Origin: Oligoflexia bacterium
GTDB lineage: Bacteria; Bdellovibrionota; UBA1018
DNA length: 64,000 nucleotides
Direction of reading: 5' to 3'
NCBI GenBank assembly: GCA_963758495.1
Contig: CAVWVI010000004.1
Span: 471,587-535,586, forward strand
Position 1 is the stretch's first letter. Every line of letters starts with the position of its first letter. This document shows positions 9,908-19,691 of the stretch, in pieces. The notes under the pieces were generated by a model. The model made no database searches and was not told where the DNA came from. It saw only the letters and a list, made by a program, of their open reading frames with translations. The position numbers and the translations under genes were made by a program.

Positions 9908-10753
9908 ATGTACTTCGTGAAAATTTCTAATGAAGCAAAAGTAGGCGGTCTCGTTTTAGCTACGGGTATTCTTGCGTTTATATTTGCCAAGGTAGTCGGA
10001 ATTCAAAATCCCTTTGGCCAATCTGTCAATTTCTATGTCACCTATAATTTTGCAGGAGGAATTGAAGTCGGTTCTCCAGTAAGAGTATCAGGAATTAAAG
10101 TGGGGCAAGTTGAAAGTATTGAATTCTTTTCAGCCATAGATCCGAAAGACCCTAAACTCATTGCACTGAAAGAGCCAGGAAGTGATGTAACTGACAATGG
10201 AAAGGTCATCACTCCTTTAAAAGTAAAAATCTCTGTTCGAAAAGACGCTGCTGTCGGTGTCAGAAAAGATAGTCGTTTCTATATCAACCTAGCTGGAATT
10301 ATTGGTGAACGATATATTGAAATCACTCCGGGCCATTTTAAGTCTCCCCAAGTTCAAGCTGGCAATATAGTCGCAGGAATTGACCCTCCACGAATTGACC
10401 AACTCATTTCCCAAAGCTTTGATTTAGCTGGAAAAATCAAAGACATCGTAGATGAAAACAAGGGGGATATCACCCGCTCCATAGATCTTCTCTACAAGTT
10501 TAGTGGAAATTTAAACAAAACCCTCGGCTGGGTTGATAAAAGTGCGATATTTAAGACTGACCTGTCTAAGTTGGTTGGAAATTTAATCGCCATTACGACA
10601 GACTTCCGCAAAGTGACAGATCAACTTCACTCACCGGAGGGAGAGAAAACTCTCAGTCTCCTTTATAAATTGCTCTGGCGATTAGAGCCTCTGGATTCCA
10701 AAGTGATCCGAGGCTTTTTACAAAAAGAAGGTGTGAAGGTTCAGCTATTTTAA
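9908..10753 (+). CDS. mlaD: MCE-domain protein (MlaD-like) of the Mla-type transporter
   Basis: N-terminal TM anchor (GGLVLATGILAFIF) followed by MCE-fold region; last gene of the coupled operon. Confidence 0.8.
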   Translation: MYFVKISNEAKVGGLVLATGILAFIFAKVVGIQNPFGQSVNFYVTYNFAGGIEVGSPVRVSGIKVGQVESIEFFSAIDPKDPKLIALKEPGSDVTDNGKVITPLKVKISVRKDAAVGVRKDSRFYINLAGIIGERYIEITPGHFKSPQVQAGNIVAGIDPPRIDQLISQSFDLAGKIKDIVDENKGDITRSIDLLYKFSGNLNKTLGWVDKSAIFKTDLSKLVGNLIAITTDFRKVTDQLHSPEGEKTLSLLYKLLWRLEPLDSKVIRGFLQKEGVKVQLF

Positions 10754-10765
10754 CTGACTGCAATA

Positions 10766-11773
10766 TTAAAACGTAATACCGAGAAGCACATTTTTAAAGC
10801 GCTCCTCCGTGCAACGTCCTAATGCAGGTGACGAGGCTTCATACCAATTGGATAAAATGCGCTCTGATACTCGCGGCCTGTGGTGATATTCTCGATTTCG
10901 AGAAATATGATCGGCAAGCCAAATCAACGTTGCACGCATATAGGCCGTACTTCCTAATCTAGATGCGAGAAAGGGCTGGTGATGATACATCACTACCCAA
11001 CTTGAATCTGAAAGAAAACCTAGATTCCATAAGATGAAATGCCCGAAAGTATCATGAGGCATCCCCTCTTCCTCAACTTCCCTCATCCACATTTGATCAG
11101 GTAAAGTTTTTTCTCTTTTAATTTGCTCTAAAGTGAAAGCGTCCTTGTCCGAATAAATGACAAACTTTCCTATATCATGCAAAATTCCATCTACACAAAG
11201 ATCTTTCTCTAAGTTTAAATCCGGTAATAAACCTCTCGCTAATTGACACGCTATGTTTGCTACCTGAAGTCCATGCTTCCACAGTTCATCTACAAACAGA
11301 GGGCGCTCGATTTTTATGCCTTCTTCGGTGGGCTGAGTCAAAATTGAAACAAGTATGTCAAAAACTAGACCGGCCACAAAATAGTCGGCAGAAAGCATTC
11401 CCTCAATCCCATAGATAGATTCTCCTGCTAAGGCATAATGGAGCGTCCTAGATACGCTAGGATCGTCAGGGATAAGATCTTTATCATTTCGTCGAATCAT
11501 TGAAGCCGCCAGAAAGTTTCTGGAAGATAAAAAGCCGATCATACTCAAAGCGACGGCGGCTGAAGTGACGGGTTCTTTCAATCGCGCTGCAAAGACGGAA
11601 TTAGCCACACTCAGGAGATTGGTTTCAATTTCATGATTCTCCTGCAATATTTTTGCAAAATCAGTGTACTTTCCCCCCGCAAAGCGTAATTGCCTCAAAA
11701 ACTCAATTTCTGAGGGGGAGTAAAAGATCGGCACTAAGAATTCCTTAACAAACTTGCTAAAGTCTATAGACAC
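10766..11773 (-). CDS. HD-superfamily (HDOD-like) signalling protein
   Basis: HD motif ILHDIGKFVIY and downstream His/Asp residues; 335 aa. Confidence 0.55.
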   Translation of the reverse strand: MSIDFSKFVKEFLVPIFYSPSEIEFLRQLRFAGGKYTDFAKILQENHEIETNLLSVANSVFAARLKEPVTSAAVALSMIGFLSSRNFLAASMIRRNDKDLIPDDPSVSRTLHYALAGESIYGIEGMLSADYFVAGLVFDILVSILTQPTEEGIKIERPLFVDELWKHGLQVANIACQLARGLLPDLNLEKDLCVDGILHDIGKFVIYSDKDAFTLEQIKREKTLPDQMWMREVEEEGMPHDTFGHFILWNLGFLSDSSWVVMYHHQPFLASRLGSTAYMRATLIWLADHISRNREYHHRPRVSERILSNWYEASSPALGRCTEERFKNVLLGITF

Positions 11774-11846
11774 TTCTAAAATTCTAAAGGAAAGCTGTGA
11801 AAAATGCCAAAGTCGAATTTAAAGAATAGGAAAGAGTACAAAGCGA

Positions 11847-12437
11847 ATGAAATTTAAGCTTCAAAGTACCCCCGAAGGAATCGTGATTTGCCGCATCAAA
11901 GAACCCCTTTCAAAGATAGAAAGTGATCAAGTCACTCAAGGAATTGAAAGAATTCTAACTAGTGGTAAATCTAAACTAATTTTGGAATTTAGCCTCAATG
12001 CTGCCCTTGGCGCGCCCTACTTAGAAAAATCCTTACGCACCCTCAAAGCTACCGCAGGGAGATTAGGTGGCGATATTAAATACGTAGTACCTGACCCTAT
12101 TGGACAACGTATTTTTGGCTCAGTCACTCAACTCGATGTAGCCATAAAAAGTCTATTAGAACTCAAAGGAATTCCTCAACCGAACCCTGTTGGGGAGCCC
12201 GTTCCAGAAAAAAAGCCTGAAAAAGAAAAAAAGGATCCTCCGGATGAAACTCTCCTGACCCTTGAAATGAAGAAATTAACTAATGAAAACCGCATCTTAA
12301 CAGAAAAAGTGAGAGAACTTTTGCAGATTGTACGTCAACCCAGCACTAATGAAGATCTCAAACTAGCCGTAGATCATTATCGAAAACTCGCAACAGAAGT
12401 GGAGGCGAACCAAAATCCTTATATTAAGAAGAAGTAA
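11847..12437 (+). CDS. hypothetical protein, possible STAS-like fold with C-terminal coiled coil
   Basis: 196-aa ORF; alternating beta/alpha pattern resembling anti-sigma-factor antagonist/MlaB-type STAS proteins; Lys/Glu-rich C-terminus. Weak assignment. Confidence 0.4.
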   Translation: MKFKLQSTPEGIVICRIKEPLSKIESDQVTQGIERILTSGKSKLILEFSLNAALGAPYLEKSLRTLKATAGRLGGDIKYVVPDPIGQRIFGSVTQLDVAIKSLLELKGIPQPNPVGEPVPEKKPEKEKKDPPDETLLTLEMKKLTNENRILTEKVRELLQIVRQPSTNEDLKLAVDHYRKLATEVEANQNPYIKKK

Positions 12438-12444
12438 GCACGTT

Positions 12445-14220
12445 TCAAGAAATCATCTGCTGCTGCCACTGAGATCTTCGATCTAATTCTTCTCGCAATA
12501 GCTCGAGTTCTTTTTTGACATCCTGCTGATTGAGTCCTCTCTCTTCCGCCCAAACTTGCGCCAACGCTTCTGCCCAAGGCAAACCACGATCTTTACGAGT
12601 CGCGTAGAGGGGGATTCTCCTCAGATAGAAATCTTCCAAATGTAAAACCATTTCTGTACGAATCGAGTGCCTCAACTGAGCAAGCAGGCAAGGAAACCCT
12701 GCTGGATCTGAAACGCCATGATTGCCACGCAGATGATTTGCATCTTCATAAATAGAAAGTGCTTCAGCACCATAGCGACCTAAGAGTTCTTCCGGTAATT
12801 TCATACCTTTTTGAAGTGCCTCTTCTCTACAACGTTGAATCGACTCTGGGATGGCTTGAGGATTAACAGGTGCCCGCGTGCGAGAGGACTGAATAGAATG
12901 AGAAGGTTTCGGAAAGTCACCCCAAGTCTCCAAAGCAAAATCTACGATTTCTTCTGCCATTTTTCGGTGAGTGGTATATTTGCCACCCGCAACAATCACC
13001 GTACCTCCAGGCCCAAGAGCAATGTGATGTTCGCGACTCACTTTTTGAAGAATACCGGAATGATCTGTTTGATTAGAACCGTCTCCGTTATCAGATACGT
13101 TTTCAGGTGAAGCACTGGGTCCTTGGCCATCAGTCGAACTTCCTGCATTTCCCATTAAGGGTCTCACGCCCACATAAGCACTTAGGATATCCGAAGTTGT
13201 AAGTTTTAATGTAGGAAAATACTGAGTAAGAAGACCCATCAAATACTGCACATCGTCTCGCGTGATTTCTGCTTGATCGGGATCTCTTGGAGTAGGACCA
13301 TCCGTAGTACCCACAATCACTACCCCTGTCCCATAATCTGAACGGGGAATGACAAACGCCACCCGTCCATCCTGAGGGTGACTCATTACCATGGCACCCG
13401 GTAAAGGTAACTTCTTAAGATCGAAGAGGAGATGAATGCCTTTGCTTGGATTCAACCAACGACGCCAATTTTTAGATAATTTTTCACCGATTTGATCTGT
13501 CCACGGTCCAGTACAAACTACGGTCCGATGGGCTCTCAATTTCCATTCTTCTCTACCCTGAGATTGCTCAAGATCTCGGACACGAAATCCCGCAATTTGC
13601 TTACCGTTCCAAAGAGGCTCTAAAGCTTCCACATAATTCGCTACAGCGGCTCCTTCATTTTGTGCAGCTCTCAGCGTTTCAACAGCTAAGACATCATCCC
13701 ACATGGAGGCATCAAAATACCTAAATCCCCCCTTCAATCCATCCGCGCGCAAAAATGGAATATCCGCTAAAATTTTCTTTCGAGAGAGTCCACGATGAAA
13801 TCCAGGAGTCCTAAAGAGTGCGAGTAAATCATAAAGCCATAATCCAAGGGACAATAAGCCACGGCCATGAGAGTCCCCCTGATAAACAGGTAAATAAAAT
13901 GGCATCGGCCGAACCATGTGGGGGGCCGTTTTTAATAATAACGACCGCTCTGCTAAGGCTTCAAAAACTAATCCAAGTTCTGCATTTTGGAGATACCGCA
14001 AACCACCATGAATTAACTTAGAACTACGGGAGGATGTCCCAAATGCAAAATCCCTTCGCTCCACCAAGGCTACTTTTAAACCCCGCGAAGTTGCATCTCG
14101 TGCAACGGCTGCTCCAGTAATTCCACCTCCAATCACGAGTAAATCAAAAGTTTCATTTTTCAAGCGCTGGAGCGATTTCTCACGAGTACGAAATGAGAAT
14201 TCTCCCACTGAATTCGGCAT
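12445..14220 (-). CDS. glpD: FAD-dependent glycerol-3-phosphate dehydrogenase
   Basis: N-terminal FAD Rossmann motif LLVIGGGITGAAVARDATSRGLKVALVE, GLRYLQN motif; 591 aa with a Gly/Ser/Asp-rich internal low-complexity insert. Confidence 0.85.
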   Translation of the reverse strand: MPNSVGEFSFRTREKSLQRLKNETFDLLVIGGGITGAAVARDATSRGLKVALVERRDFAFGTSSRSSKLIHGGLRYLQNAELGLVFEALAERSLLLKTAPHMVRPMPFYLPVYQGDSHGRGLLSLGLWLYDLLALFRTPGFHRGLSRKKILADIPFLRADGLKGGFRYFDASMWDDVLAVETLRAAQNEGAAVANYVEALEPLWNGKQIAGFRVRDLEQSQGREEWKLRAHRTVVCTGPWTDQIGEKLSKNWRRWLNPSKGIHLLFDLKKLPLPGAMVMSHPQDGRVAFVIPRSDYGTGVVIVGTTDGPTPRDPDQAEITRDDVQYLMGLLTQYFPTLKLTTSDILSAYVGVRPLMGNAGSSTDGQGPSASPENVSDNGDGSNQTDHSGILQKVSREHHIALGPGGTVIVAGGKYTTHRKMAEEIVDFALETWGDFPKPSHSIQSSRTRAPVNPQAIPESIQRCREEALQKGMKLPEELLGRYGAEALSIYEDANHLRGNHGVSDPAGFPCLLAQLRHSIRTEMVLHLEDFYLRRIPLYATRKDRGLPWAEALAQVWAEERGLNQQDVKKELELLREELDRRSQWQQQMIS

Positions 14221-14222
14221 GA

Positions 14223-16052
14223 CTATTCCTTTTTCGATCGAGTCACTGAAATTCCTAATTCAACCAATTGTTCAGGATTCACCGACGAAGGCGTTTCTGA
14301 CATCAAGCAGTGTCCCTTTTGAGTTTTAGGAAAAGCCATCACATCTCGAATTGGACCTACTCCACAAAGCAAAGCAGCCATCCGATCTACTCCAAAGGCA
14401 ATCCCTCCATGAGGAGGTGTCCCATACTGAAGAGCGTCCAAGAAAAATCCAAACTTCTCTTTTGCTTCTTCAGGAGTAAGACCCAAAAGTTTAAACATAG
14501 CTGCCTGAACATCAGGGCGATAGATCCTCAAACTTCCCCCCCCAATTTCCACTCCATTCAAAACCATATCGTAAGCGGAAGCTTCGATTTGTTCCAGGTT
14601 TCGACCTTGAATAAAATCCTGAAAAAATTCGGGTCGTGGAGAAGTAAAAGGATGATGACAAGCATAGTAGCGATTTTCTTTCTCATTAAATTCCATGAGT
14701 GGAAAGTTTACAACCCAAAGAAAGGCCGGCTTTCCTTCGCCTAATTTTGGAATCATTCCCAACTTATCGGCTACCGACAGACGAATTGCGCCCAATGCAT
14801 CGAAGACTACTTTATTTTGAGCGTCTGCAATAGCCAGAACCAAATGCCCTGGCTTCAAACCGAGGACCCGTTTCAATGCTTCTTTTTCCGAATCAGAAAA
14901 GAACTTAGCGGCAGGAGACTGCAAATCTCCGTTTGCTTGAACCTTCATCCAAAGAAGTCCCTTCGCTCCAAAACTAGCGGCATAGGCTTGCAAATCATCT
15001 AAATCTTTTCGCGAAAATTTATCGGCCTGTTCAGGCACGACAATTGCCCTAACAGAACCCTTTTTACCGCGAGAATTGACAGATAAAGCATTTTGAAATA
15101 CTTGAAAAGTACTTGCCTTAAATATTTCGGATAAGTCATTTAATTCTAATCCAAATCTTACGTCTGGCTTATCGCTACCAAAGCGACTCATCGCTTCAGC
15201 ATAAGGCATCCTTGGAAAAGGAGTTTTAATCTCTTGTCCTAAAATTTCTTTCCAAACCTGAGCGATCATTGATTCTAGAATAGGGAAAAAAGCTTCTTCG
15301 TCCAAAAATGACGTTTCAATATCAATTTGTGAAAATTCAGGCTGACGATCCGCTCTTAAATCCTCATCACGAAAGCAGCGAGCGATTTGATAATAACGAT
15401 CCATACCACTAATCATCAAGAGCTGCTTCAATGTCTGCGGTGACTGCGGCAGGGCATAAAAATCGCCTGGATTCAAACGACTTGGAACAATAAAATCTCG
15501 AGCACCCTCTGGAGTAGATTTATAAAGAATAGGAGTTTCAATTTCTAAAAACCGATGATGATCCAGATGATTCCGAACGATAGAAAGCATTCGATGCCGG
15601 ATCATCAAATTATGCTGCAAGGTGGGTCGGCGTAGATCCAAATATCGATACTTAAGGCGAACAGTCTCTGCAACATCAACCTCATCATCGATTGCAAAGG
15701 GAGGTGTCTTTGCTTCAGACAAGATCACCAATTGCGTGCAGGCTACTTCGATTTCACCCGTTTTTAGCTTAGAGTTAATCATCCCTTGCGGGCGATTACG
15801 AACTCTTCCTTTACACCAAATGACAAATTCAGACCTAAGTTTCCCTGCCAATTCATAAGCTTGAGTGCTATCCTCTAAAGCCGGATCAAAAACGACTTGA
15901 ACCACCCCATAACGATCCCGAAGATCAATAAAAACCAGACCTCCATGATCCCTTCGCTTGGTCACCCAACCGCAAAGCGAAATCTCTTGTCCCAAATCCT
16001 GAGTTGTTAATTCTCCACAAGTATGCGACCTAACTGTCCTTTGTTGCGCCAT
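14223..16052 (-). CDS. aspS: aspartate--tRNA ligase
   Basis: N-terminal anticodon-binding OB fold (RTHTCGELT...GWVTKRRDHGGLVFIDLRDRYG), class-II aaRS motifs, 609 aa. Confidence 0.95.
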   Translation of the reverse strand: MAQQRTVRSHTCGELTTQDLGQEISLCGWVTKRRDHGGLVFIDLRDRYGVVQVVFDPALEDSTQAYELAGKLRSEFVIWCKGRVRNRPQGMINSKLKTGEIEVACTQLVILSEAKTPPFAIDDEVDVAETVRLKYRYLDLRRPTLQHNLMIRHRMLSIVRNHLDHHRFLEIETPILYKSTPEGARDFIVPSRLNPGDFYALPQSPQTLKQLLMISGMDRYYQIARCFRDEDLRADRQPEFSQIDIETSFLDEEAFFPILESMIAQVWKEILGQEIKTPFPRMPYAEAMSRFGSDKPDVRFGLELNDLSEIFKASTFQVFQNALSVNSRGKKGSVRAIVVPEQADKFSRKDLDDLQAYAASFGAKGLLWMKVQANGDLQSPAAKFFSDSEKEALKRVLGLKPGHLVLAIADAQNKVVFDALGAIRLSVADKLGMIPKLGEGKPAFLWVVNFPLMEFNEKENRYYACHHPFTSPRPEFFQDFIQGRNLEQIEASAYDMVLNGVEIGGGSLRIYRPDVQAAMFKLLGLTPEEAKEKFGFFLDALQYGTPPHGGIAFGVDRMAALLCGVGPIRDVMAFPKTQKGHCLMSETPSSVNPEQLVELGISVTRSKKE

Positions 16053-16108
16053 CCTGTGTTATTAACACCTCACCTTGACTTAGTCTAGACCCGTCGGCCC
16101 TCATAATT

Positions 16109-16156
16109 CATATGACAATACATATGGCAATACAGATGGCCATTCATATGATAATT
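16109..16156. repeat. four tandem 12-nt units (CATATGACAATA / CATATGGCAATA / CAGATGGCCATT / CATATGATAATT) upstream of aspS
   Basis: Read directly from the sequence between the EEP-gene stop and the aspS start. Confidence 0.6.
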
Positions 16157-16160
16157 CCTA

Positions 16161-16916
16161 TCAGTTCAACATGAGTTCCGCAGTCAGGGCGGAGTGATCA
16201 GAAAGATCCCCCCAAGGCCGTCCACTCAAGCAACGAGCATGCTTTAATCGAAGCCCTCTGAAATAAATTCGATCCAGCCGGAACGCGGGCAACCAACTGG
16301 GGAAAGTTCTTGCGTGATAGCCATGAATTGAATGATAGGCCTCGCTGACATCAAGTCTTTTTTCAAGTACTGGAGAAGCCTTCCCTCGCCAATCATTGAA
16401 ATCTCCTCCGATCACCAAAGGTTCGTCATGCGGAACATGGGACTCAATTCGACTGCAAAGTCTCACTATTTGTTGGGCCCTTTCAGCCTCTAATAATCCC
16501 AAATGCACACAGATTGCATGAAGGGGTTTCCTTTTACCAGGTATAGCAATCACGCCATGAAGAAGACCTCTCTTCTCCCATGAGTTTGTGGACACATCGA
16601 TATTCTCATAAAATAAAAAAGGATACTTACTCAAAATCGCATTTCCATGATGCCCCAGAGTATAGACAGCATTTTTTCCATAAGCATAGTGCGGCCAAAG
16701 TTCATGTGCCAAAAACTCAAATTGGGGTTGTGACGGCCAGCCTTTTATATTTTTGCTATGTGCTTCATGCTCACCCTGAACCTCTTGAAGAAAAATAAGT
16801 TCAGGATGTACCGAGTGGAGAGCTTCACGAATTTTTTTTAGAGTAAATTGACCATTACCTGAATTGAACCCCTTATGTATATTATATGAAATAACTCTTA
16901 CCCGTAATTTTTCCAT
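16161..16916 (-). CDS. endonuclease/exonuclease/phosphatase (EEP) family protein
   Basis: N-terminal VISYNIHKG...IFLQEV and C-terminal SDHSAL motifs typical of the EEP fold; overlaps the upstream gene by 19 nt. Confidence 0.7.
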   Translation of the reverse strand: MEKLRVRVISYNIHKGFNSGNGQFTLKKIREALHSVHPELIFLQEVQGEHEAHSKNIKGWPSQPQFEFLAHELWPHYAYGKNAVYTLGHHGNAILSKYPFLFYENIDVSTNSWEKRGLLHGVIAIPGKRKPLHAICVHLGLLEAERAQQIVRLCSRIESHVPHDEPLVIGGDFNDWRGKASPVLEKRLDVSEAYHSIHGYHARTFPSWLPAFRLDRIYFRGLRLKHARCLSGRPWGDLSDHSALTAELMLN

Positions 16917-18958
16917 AATTTAATTACAATTCTCCCTACGCTCATTAAAAATATTATTACAAATATATATCCAGCGTTGCGCTTAATTGGTTCTAAAATC
17001 AAGAGTGGAATGATGTAATGAACTCCCAAATAAAACCAAAAAGGAAGAATATACAAAACAGCAGAAAAAAAAATGACTGTACCTAAAAGATACCAAGGGA
17101 ACGGCACCCAAAATAACCCCTGATATGCAATTTTGGACCGAATACTTACTCTTGGGTCAGAAAGCATGGACACAAGAGTGGAAAATTTTCGAAGTCCCAT
17201 TCTCTCCGATAGCCATTTTGGAGCCGCTTCGCGATAAAACCGAGCTGCTGAAATTGGAAAAGCTCTTACTAAGCTATACCCCACAAAAGAAGCCACCCAG
17301 AAAGATGCCACGCTAATTCGGGCAGCGCGATCAGGACCTAGATGTAACATCGCCAAAACTTCTAGAAAAATAAAAGGCACCGGCAAAAGCCATACTGAAG
17401 ACATAAAAATTATATATAAAACTGACCAATCCCCCCATCCCTTCAAAACTCCCGTAACGCTCCAGGCGATTACAATTTCCAATCCCCAAACAAGCATGAG
17501 AGCATCAACTAAAAATAGAAAATGCCTTCGGGCTAACCGGGTCCCCTTCCATTTAATAAAATAAAACCACGGTAAGGGTGGATCAAAAAATATTTCCCAG
17601 GGTAGCCCTCGAAAATATTCTAATTTTTTACTCATGTGCTCCAACATAATTTTGGGTTTACATTCTCTAAAAAGAATCCCTGAACGAGCGCCATTTTGAT
17701 CTAGATTCCAATGACTCAATACCTTTTCTGCAACTCGCCGAATATGGCTCCGCTCAAACACAGTTTTTGCTTCAAATGTAAGATGAATTTCAGTATCAAT
17801 GCGAAGCGCACGAGATGCAAAATTTGCAGAACCTATTCCAAGGAATTTGTCATCGATCACAATAATTTTTGAATGAATATAAATAGGTCTCGGTGGTAAA
17901 CTAATTTCGGCTAAAGGAGCCCGCGCATACGGAAATCCCATAATTAATTTAATTCCTGAATAATTTGCTGCAATCTGCAGTTTATTTAATAACTCAAGCT
18001 CATAGGCCATCATATAACGTGTCCACGACCGAATCGGCTGTAAATCCGCAAGAACTAAAATAATCTCAAAATCTTTTCCCTTCATTTGATGAATTTTTGA
18101 AATCAACAGATCATTTACTATTTGCGACCAATAATATTGACCTTCAAGAATAATTCGATTCTCTGCGGCCTGGATCAGATCCCTAAATAAAAATTCCACT
18201 TCTCGGACCATTGAACTCCCTCGTAATGGGTGCTCAACTTGCGCAATAGTCCGACTCAAGTAAACACTATGGCCTATAGAATCACTTGAAAGAACTTTAA
18301 ATGAATACGAATCTGGAAATGAAATAGACGAAAGTGCTCGCCATCGAGCCGCAATATGATCATGGATCCCCGCACAAATTGGCCCTGTCACTTGTACTGC
18401 TAAGTCATGATAAGGACCATGATGCTCGCCGCTCCAATTTAAGGATCGACGAGGATCCATATAGAGATGCTGTGGACTATCCCAACGTTCATCACAAAGA
18501 TCAATACCGCCACAAAGAGCCGTTTTTCCATCAAACAAACATATTTTCTCATGATGAGATCCCCCAATAGGGTGCTTGTTATCAAAAATAAAATGAACAC
18601 GTGGATGAATATCTTCCCAGATACGCCCCTGCCAAATTTCTCTTTCAAGAACATAAAAGTAGGCATGATCCCAAATCAAAAAATAAACCCTAAATCCGGG
18701 CTTTTCCTGACAAAGTCGAATCACCTTTTCACGAAGAGTTTCTTTAGGTAAAGCTTGAAAACTCTGACCTTTCCGAAGAGGTCTTTTCAAACATAATCTA
18801 GAATCAATTTGCCATCCTACAAAAATAGCATATTCAGTGGCATCTTCCAGAAGTTCAGATACTCGGTCGTAGTAAGGACCTGCCTCCCAAATCTCTTCCC
18901 ATGAGTTTGCTGCTGCAATCCGATTAAAAGCACGTGCTGAAAGTAGGTTTGAATTCAC
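16898..18958 (-). CDS. phospholipase D/cardiolipin-synthase-like protein fused to a C-terminal DedA/VTT-like membrane domain
   Basis: Two HKD motifs (HHEKICLFDG and HSKIIVIDD...GSANF) in the N-terminal 400 aa; C-terminal ~250 aa polytopic with LLPVP...GPDRAARIS motif. Confidence 0.65.
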   Translation of the reverse strand: MNSNLLSARAFNRIAAANSWEEIWEAGPYYDRVSELLEDATEYAIFVGWQIDSRLCLKRPLRKGQSFQALPKETLREKVIRLCQEKPGFRVYFLIWDHAYFYVLEREIWQGRIWEDIHPRVHFIFDNKHPIGGSHHEKICLFDGKTALCGGIDLCDERWDSPQHLYMDPRRSLNWSGEHHGPYHDLAVQVTGPICAGIHDHIAARWRALSSISFPDSYSFKVLSSDSIGHSVYLSRTIAQVEHPLRGSSMVREVEFLFRDLIQAAENRIILEGQYYWSQIVNDLLISKIHQMKGKDFEIILVLADLQPIRSWTRYMMAYELELLNKLQIAANYSGIKLIMGFPYARAPLAEISLPPRPIYIHSKIIVIDDKFLGIGSANFASRALRIDTEIHLTFEAKTVFERSHIRRVAEKVLSHWNLDQNGARSGILFRECKPKIMLEHMSKKLEYFRGLPWEIFFDPPLPWFYFIKWKGTRLARRHFLFLVDALMLVWGLEIVIAWSVTGVLKGWGDWSVLYIIFMSSVWLLPVPFIFLEVLAMLHLGPDRAARISVASFWVASFVGYSLVRAFPISAARFYREAAPKWLSERMGLRKFSTLVSMLSDPRVSIRSKIAYQGLFWVPFPWYLLGTVIFFSAVLYILPFWFYLGVHYIIPLLILEPIKRNAGYIFVIIFLMSVGRIVIKLWKNYG

Positions 18959-18973
18959 GAAAACAAATTATAT

Positions 18974-19213
18974 CTAGTATTTTTTCCAATACTCAGGCGC
19001 AAGAACCCCAAGAAAACTAATAATAGAAAGTGCAAGAAATACAAAAAGTAAAAATCGACCTTGTTCGAAAGAAACAGCAGACCCATCCCATCCTAACATT
19101 ATTGCAAATAAACCAGCCAGGAGAAATCCGATGGATACTCGCACCATGATATTGCCCTCCACACAAGAGGCAGCAAACCTCATGCCCAGAAAGAAAAAAT
19201 TCTTATGCTGCAC
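18974..19213 (-). CDS. small membrane protein (2 predicted TM helices)
   Basis: 79-aa hydrophobic ORF tightly packed between the response regulator and the PLD gene. Confidence 0.35.
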   Translation of the reverse strand: MQHKNFFFLGMRFAASCVEGNIMVRVSIGFLLAGLFAIMLGWDGSAVSFEQGRFLLFVFLALSIISFLGVLAPEYWKKY

Positions 19214-19568
19214 CTTGGGAGCCTGCGGCTTGGAGGATCACTTGAGCAAGTTGTTCGATAGTATAAGGCTTCCCCAAAAACCAGGCACCTGGTAAATGAC
19301 GAGCTCGGCTTTCACCTTGTTGAGCCGCTGAAAGAACTACGGTGGGAGGCACCCGACTGAAAGTTGCAAGAATATTTTGATAAACGTCTTCGCCGCTCAT
19401 ACCTTGAAGAGTTAAATCTAATAGCATCACGTCAGGCCAACTTTGAGATAGGTAATCTAAAACCTTTTCTCCTTTATCTATCAAATCGGCTTGATGTCCA
19501 TAGGCTTCCAGAACCATTCCCAAGGTCTCTCGGATCGAAGAATCATCTTCAACTACTAAAACCCGCAT
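19203..19568 (-). CDS. single-domain response regulator (CheY-like receiver)
   Basis: MRVLVVEDD...DVMLLDLTLQGMSGEDV receiver motifs; 121 aa, no output domain. Confidence 0.8.
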   Translation of the reverse strand: MRVLVVEDDSSIRETLGMVLEAYGHQADLIDKGEKVLDYLSQSWPDVMLLDLTLQGMSGEDVYQNILATFSRVPPTVVLSAAQQGESRARHLPGAWFLGKPYTIEQLAQVILQAAGSQGAA

Positions 19569-19691
19569 TCAACCTCCTATTTCCAGTTTGTAAAAATACT
19601 GAATAAATCAAGAATAGAACTCGACACAGTGTCGAACTTTTTGCATATTTAAAGCCAATTTTCTAAGCATCTATATTAAGAAAGGTAAATT

